Assembly: GCA_964521685.1 (NCBI GenBank)
Contig: CAZFTS010000004.1
Location: forward strand, 6,516 to 70,515
Direction: 5' to 3'
DNA from: an uncultured Muribaculaceae bacterium
GTDB lineage: Bacteria; Bacteroidota; Bacteroidia; Bacteroidales; UBA932
DNA length: 64,000 nt
Shown here: positions 59,245 through 64,000 of the stretch, one piece after another
Numbering within the stretch: position 1 is the first letter of the stretch
Layout of the letters: each line of letters starts with the position of its first letter
The notes under the pieces: model-generated
The model's database searches: none
The model's input: the letters and a program-made list of their open reading frames with translations, nothing else
What the model was told of the DNA's origin: nothing
Program-made: the position numbers and the translations under genes

Positions 59245-60429
59245 TTAGTAAATCATCTCCTCTCTGAAGTTTTCAACAATTGATGAAAACGAGTTACCTA
59301 CCGATTGGCCCAGACCACATTTGGCAGTAAACTGCATAGTCTCGGCAAGTTTAAGCATTTTGTCCAGATACTGTGCATTCTTCTCTCCTCTCTTAACGGC
59401 CTTAATCCCTCTGAGAAGCTGCTGGCAACCAACCCTGCATGGGGTGCATTGGCCGCAGGACTCCTCTGCAAAGAAATTGAGATAGTTATCGAGAACATTG
59501 TACATAGATCTGGAACTGTTGAACAACATCATAGAGCCCCCGGTAGGAAGTGAAATTCCCACCAGTTTACCCTGGAATCCTATGTTTGTCTCTGCAAACC
59601 GTTTTCTTGGAACAAGGAATCCGGAAGCACCACCAACCTGTACAGCTTTGGTATCATCATCGCCGAACTCCTCAACGAAATCGGCAAGACTCATACCTAA
59701 CTCAAGCTCATAAATACCAGGTTTCGGAGTATCTCCCGACACCGAAAACAGTTTTGTTCCTCTGGAGTACTGAACTCCAAGATCGTAAAATCTTTTGGAA
59801 CCATATTTGAATATTGTATAGGTGTGCGCAAGAGTCTCTACGTTGTTGATAACGGTTGGCCTGCCCATATATCCCGAAACTGATGGATAAGGAGGTTTGT
59901 TTCTTGGCTCTCCACGTTTACCCTCCATCGATTCGAAAAGTGCAGTCTCTTCACCGCAGATATAGGCACCGCTTCCCATGAAAATTTTAATGGTGAAGTC
60001 GAACTTAATCTCTTTGCAATAGTATTCAAATTCTTTAATTGCTTTTAAAAGCTCGGGCTTCAGGAAGGTATACTCACCTCTGAGGTAAATGTATCCCTCT
60101 TTCGCTCCGATAACATACCCGCATATTGCAATAGCCGTCAATACTTTAAAAGGCACCTTGGATAAAATTTCCCTATCTTTGAAGGTTCCAGGTTCTCCTT
60201 CGTCGGCATTGCAAATAACATATTTAACACTACTCTTCTCCTCTGCCGAAACCTTCCACTTTAACCCTGTCGGAAATCCGGCTCCCCCTCTTCCTTTTAG
60301 TTCGGAGCTGATCAACTCGTTTATCAGCTCTTGTTGCGGACGGCTGATACTTTTGCTCAGCACCTCTTCCCAATCATTCTCATTATTGAAAATGAAATCG
60401 GCCCTCTTAAGTTGATAACTAGTTGACAT
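59245..60429 (-). CDS. hydB: [FeFe]-hydrogenase 2 beta subunit, minimal NuoF-like (FMN/NADH, one 4Fe-4S)
   Basis: 394 aa; GRGGAGFPTG, NADEGEPGTFKD, PPYP, GGASG, ESCGQCTPCRVG; ends shortly after CGLG. Confidence 0.92.
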   Translation of the reverse strand: MSTSYQLKRADFIFNNENDWEEVLSKSISRPQQELINELISSELKGRGGAGFPTGLKWKVSAEEKSSVKYVICNADEGEPGTFKDREILSKVPFKVLTAIAICGYVIGAKEGYIYLRGEYTFLKPELLKAIKEFEYYCKEIKFDFTIKIFMGSGAYICGEETALFESMEGKRGEPRNKPPYPSVSGYMGRPTVINNVETLAHTYTIFKYGSKRFYDLGVQYSRGTKLFSVSGDTPKPGIYELELGMSLADFVEEFGDDDTKAVQVGGASGFLVPRKRFAETNIGFQGKLVGISLPTGGSMMLFNSSRSMYNVLDNYLNFFAEESCGQCTPCRVGCQQLLRGIKAVKRGEKNAQYLDKMLKLAETMQFTAKCGLGQSVGNSFSSIVENFREEMIY

Positions 60430-60910
60430 TGTTTACATCCTCATCTTTTCGATTCATGTACATAGTAAGAATTTCACGAACCTTCTCAGGTGTAAGGTCG
60501 GTGTAGGCCTCGTTGTTTATGAGCATTGCAGGAGCTTTATGGCAAAGTCCCAAACAGTTGGTCTGTAGTAAAGAGAATAACCCATCCTGGGTTGTCTCCC
60601 CGATTTTAATCTTTAACATATCTTCTATTGCAAGCAGAATCTGCTTTTCTCCCTTCATGGAGCAGGTGATGGTTTTGCACACCCGAATGATGTTTTTACC
60701 CATCTTTTTGTAATCCAGAAAAGAGTAGAAGGTTGCGGTTCCATAAACTTCAGTCGCCGGAAGGTCCAGCTCCCTTGCAATTTCGATCATTGAATATTCG
60801 GAAAGATATCTCTCCTGTTCAACGACCCCCTGCAAAATCGGAAGCAGATTATGCCTCTCACGACCGTGCTTGTCGGCAAGCTCTTTAATGAGCTCAATAA
60901 TTGGTTTCAT
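60419..60910 (-). CDS. hydC: [FeFe]-hydrogenase 2 gamma subunit (NuoE/HydC-like)
   Basis: TATFYSF, CKTITC and CLGLCHKAP. ATG at 60910 preferred. Confidence 0.9.
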   Translation of the reverse strand: MKPIIELIKELADKHGRERHNLLPILQGVVEQERYLSEYSMIEIARELDLPATEVYGTATFYSFLDYKKMGKNIIRVCKTITCSMKGEKQILLAIEDMLKIKIGETTQDGLFSLLQTNCLGLCHKAPAMLINNEAYTDLTPEKVREILTMYMNRKDEDVNNVN

Positions 60911-61105
60911 CCAAAAAATATTTTGGTGGATAGTAATTTTGAGAAACCCAATTAAGGGTCTTTTGAAATCAACAAACCCCACATTGGAAGTTTGCAGAAG
61001 AAGGTCTTCAAAGTTAAGTTTTAATAAACGCAGCTCCTCCTTTGGGAGCAGACTTTAATTCCAACACAAAATGTGCAGTTCAAAATTTACAGGTGTAAAT
61101 ATAAG

Positions 61106-61137
61106 AAAAAAAAAGATACCTGACTTACAGAGCAGGT
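61106..61137 (-). terminator. Weak terminator after the histidine kinase
   Basis: On the minus strand ACCTG...CAGGT is followed by atcTTTTTTTTT. Confidence 0.4.
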
Positions 61138-63965
61138 CAACGTGAGTTGCGTGGAAGAGTGAATGAAAAACTACTTCCCTTTCCTTTAATACTTTCTGCA
61201 TGGATTTCGCACCCATGTTTTGATATGAACTCTTTGCATAGTATTAATCCCAAACCTGTTCCGGCTTCATTCTCGGTACCGCGCGTAGAGTAGAAGCTAT
61301 CCAGCCGGAAAAGATTGTCAATCTCCCTTTGTGACATTCCGCTGCCGTTATCGGAGACAGTTATAAGAGTGTGTTCGTCTTCGTTCATGGCCATTATCTT
61401 TACTTCTCCTCCTCTTGGAGTGAATTTAAGCGCATTTGAAACCAGATTTCGAAGGACTGAACTAACCATGGCCTTATCGGCAAAGCAGATTATGCTCTTC
61501 GGAACATGACTGACTATCTGGATAGATTTTTGATATGCATTATAGCGTGAAAGCGCAACAACTTCATCTACAATCTGTGAAAGTCTCATAAATTCCGGAT
61601 TGAACTCCATCCTTCCAGTCTGGGATCTTGACCACTCCAGCAGGTTTGTAAGCAGATTCATTGCTTTTACGGAGGAGTCCTTCATAATTGAAGTATACTC
61701 TTCGAGGGTATCGTACTCTTTTTTGCGTATCTGTTCGCTTAAAAGCTCTCCAATACCAATAATGCTGTTGAACGGACTTTTAAGGTCGTGTGCAATTATT
61801 GAGAAGAATTTGTCTTTTGTCGCATTAAGTTCGGCAAGTCTTGCTTCGCTCTCACGGAGCGCATCTTCGGCCTCTTTACGAGAAGTGATGTCTGTTATAA
61901 ATCCCTCCAAATGTGTGAGTTCTCCGTGCTTATCGAAAATTCCCCGACCCTGCTCCCATACCCATTTTACCTTACCGTCTGCCGTAATAATCTTGTACTC
62001 TTCCTGAAAAAAGGTGCCGGGGATAAGTGAGCTTTGCCATTTATTCCAAATGGCCTCCCTGAAATCGGGATGTATTATATCATTGTATGAGAGTTTATTA
62101 TTCATCGTAAGCTCTTCAGGTCTGTATCCGGTCACTTCGAGGCACTTCTCACTCAGGTAAAACATTGTCCAGTTAAGATCGAGTGCACATTTATATACAA
62201 ACCCAGGAAGATTATCTATCAAAGATGCTTTCTCTCTCTCGCTCTCAGTTAATCTCTCTTCAGTCTGACGTTTTTTGGTAATATCTCTCCAGGTTGCAAT
62301 AAAACCGTCACCAAATTTTGAAGCCTTTATCTCAAAAGCTCTTTTAAGTCGCCGACCTGCATAGTTGTCTTCATAAACGACAGATTCTTTCTCAACAACA
62401 TTTCCCGTCTCTACCAACTTAACATATTCGTCAAAAAGTCCCGTTGGTTTGTGTGCAGGGAGCAATTCACATAAACCTTTTCCAATTTGTTCCCCGGCAC
62501 TCATATTATTTAATTCGCACCCCTTGGGATTAATATAGTCAATTCTGAAATCAACAATCCTGTTTTTGTCATCCCTGATTGAGGAGTACATACCGAATGC
62601 ATCCAGAAGATTATCTATTGAGCTTTTGAATTTTCTTTCAAAGGCAATTAGTGCCTCAGAGATCTTTTTATACTCGCTTATGTCCTGGAATGCTCCGTGT
62701 ACTTTTACAATCTTACCGGTCTCATTTCTGACAGCTTCGGCATTAGTTCTTACCCATTTTCTCTTACCGGCAGATGTTATTATCTCCATCTCGAGGTCGT
62801 AAGGAGTTCCGTTCACGGAACATTCGCGATAAGCTTTTGCAATTTCTGACCTCCACTCAGGCGCATAAAAATTAATACCTTGCTCAACTGTAGGAGAGAA
62901 GCCCGGTTGAACTTCATGTATTTCGGCAACTACATCGGACCATGTAACAATATTCTCCTCAATATTGACTGTCCATCCGCCAAATTTAGCTGTTTCTCCA
63001 GCAATTCTTAAAAGGGTGTAGTTGTTTTTTAACTCCTCTTCCGCTACTCTTCTTCTTGTTATATCTTTGGAAAAAACTGCAACACTTTCTACTTTTCCTT
63101 TGAGAGAGGTAATGGGGTGGATAGAGTATTCATTCCAGAATCCACCTCTGGAATCCTCTCCATAAACAGGCTTTCCTGTTTTTATTACCTCAGATACACT
63201 TTTAAAACGGAGTGCACCTACCTCTTTAGGAAGCAGTTTAAAGACATTTTTCCCGATAAGATAATCCCGGGTGGTATTCAACCTTTTGGCATGTGCTTCG
63301 TTACAATCTATAACCACCCCGTTCTTGTCCAGAAGAATAATAATATCGTCGGTTGACTCCATAATGGCTCTTACGTTTGCTTCGGAGTTTCTGAACCTCT
63401 CTTCGTTTCTTTCGGCCTCCAATCTCTTAAGGGTGACTGATGCTTGTCTTACAAATGTTTCAATAATCTCACGGTGAGAAAGATCATTCCCTTTCCTGAA
63501 AATTAAAACCGCATTTGCATACATACGATTTTCAATCATAAATGCAACTCCGTAGATTGCACTAAGATTGACTAGCTTTTCCAGGGAACGGGATATTGTT
63601 TTCGGAATGGTCCGGAAAGAAAGTTCGTGGATTCCATTATCAAATTTATGTATATATCCGCTTTTTAATTCAAGAATAGAGGAGTCGACTTTGTAAGTTT
63701 TTCCTATTGGATTGTAACCAAGTATGGAGATGATTCTATCGATTAAGCCGGGAGGAGAGATAAAAACCTCTGTTCGACTAGTCTCCTGTTTGTCATCTAA
63801 AGAGTTGACAATAATAATGGCCTCGGGATTTAATTCTTTAAGGGAATCTCCAATAAACCGATAAATAGAATCTCCTATTTCGGAAGAGGCGAATTTTATC
63901 GCTGTTCCTGATAGAAAAGCCAGAGCGCTCCGGGTGTTATCCTGATTCTGATTGGCCGGCTTCAT
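61137..63965 (-). CDS. Cytoplasmic multi-PAS sensor histidine kinase
   Basis: Several PAS/PAC repeats ending in DIT/DIS; H-box AHDLKSPF, N-box NLVSNALKF, DNGSG and GTGLGL; no TM segments. Confidence 0.93.
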   Translation of the reverse strand: MKPANQNQDNTRSALAFLSGTAIKFASSEIGDSIYRFIGDSLKELNPEAIIIVNSLDDKQETSRTEVFISPPGLIDRIISILGYNPIGKTYKVDSSILELKSGYIHKFDNGIHELSFRTIPKTISRSLEKLVNLSAIYGVAFMIENRMYANAVLIFRKGNDLSHREIIETFVRQASVTLKRLEAERNEERFRNSEANVRAIMESTDDIIILLDKNGVVIDCNEAHAKRLNTTRDYLIGKNVFKLLPKEVGALRFKSVSEVIKTGKPVYGEDSRGGFWNEYSIHPITSLKGKVESVAVFSKDITRRRVAEEELKNNYTLLRIAGETAKFGGWTVNIEENIVTWSDVVAEIHEVQPGFSPTVEQGINFYAPEWRSEIAKAYRECSVNGTPYDLEMEIITSAGKRKWVRTNAEAVRNETGKIVKVHGAFQDISEYKKISEALIAFERKFKSSIDNLLDAFGMYSSIRDDKNRIVDFRIDYINPKGCELNNMSAGEQIGKGLCELLPAHKPTGLFDEYVKLVETGNVVEKESVVYEDNYAGRRLKRAFEIKASKFGDGFIATWRDITKKRQTEERLTESEREKASLIDNLPGFVYKCALDLNWTMFYLSEKCLEVTGYRPEELTMNNKLSYNDIIHPDFREAIWNKWQSSLIPGTFFQEEYKIITADGKVKWVWEQGRGIFDKHGELTHLEGFITDITSRKEAEDALRESEARLAELNATKDKFFSIIAHDLKSPFNSIIGIGELLSEQIRKKEYDTLEEYTSIMKDSSVKAMNLLTNLLEWSRSQTGRMEFNPEFMRLSQIVDEVVALSRYNAYQKSIQIVSHVPKSIICFADKAMVSSVLRNLVSNALKFTPRGGEVKIMAMNEDEHTLITVSDNGSGMSQREIDNLFRLDSFYSTRGTENEAGTGLGLILCKEFISKHGCEIHAESIKGKGSSFSFTLPRNSR

Positions 63966-64000
63966 AACTGAATATTTTATCCCCGCAAAGTATAAGATAA

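Noticed and set aside
51421..60910. Calling the NuoE/NuoF-like genes respiratory complex I, or the fused module glutamate synthase
   Set aside because: No membrane Nuo subunits or gltB are present, and both sets adjoin H-cluster-containing HydA.
42..63477. Many short overlapping or antisense ORFs in the track (for example 17218-17883, 6066-6578, 33717-34214)
   Set aside because: They are shadows of well-supported genes and have no recognisable motifs.
1..64000. CRISPR arrays, tRNA/rRNA genes, IS elements, prophage, known riboswitches
   Set aside because: None recognised by eye; intergenic gaps are short. Covariance-model searches were not run, so small RNAs cannot be excluded.

Overview
Gene-dense chromosomal segment from an anaerobic Bacteroidota, most likely Bacteroidales. 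The assignment rests on recurrent TAnnTTTG -7 promoter boxes, AT-rich translation starts without Shine-Dalgarno motifs, and Bacteroidales-type gene orders (rseC-rnfBCDGEA, tgt-lptG, alaS/M23/MerR, Nif3/zinc ribbon). Bases 1-31 kb are mostly housekeeping: end of the spc/alpha ribosomal cluster, a cysteine-synthase-family enzyme, tRNA modification, fmt, alaS, dnaB and a complete Rnf operon. Bases 31-51 kb hold a WtpBC-like tungstate/molybdate transporter, a partial pterin-cofactor cluster (short MoaA, MoaC, MOSC-MogA fusion), a 56-aa CDGSH Fe-S protein missed by the ORF track, an RND efflux system and a TonB-dependent receptor. The most notable part is 51.4-60.9 kb, where two convergent trimeric [FeFe]-hydrogenase operons sit. 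One has a minimal beta subunit with non-bifurcating NADH-type signatures. The other has a 1054-aa beta subunit whose usual C-terminal ferredoxin-like domain is replaced by a circularly permuted GltD/NfnB-like FAD/NADP(H) module, making it a candidate H2/NAD(H)/NADP(H)-coupling enzyme. No rRNA, tRNA, CRISPR array or transposase was seen. All calls come from reading motifs by eye; no database searches were run.
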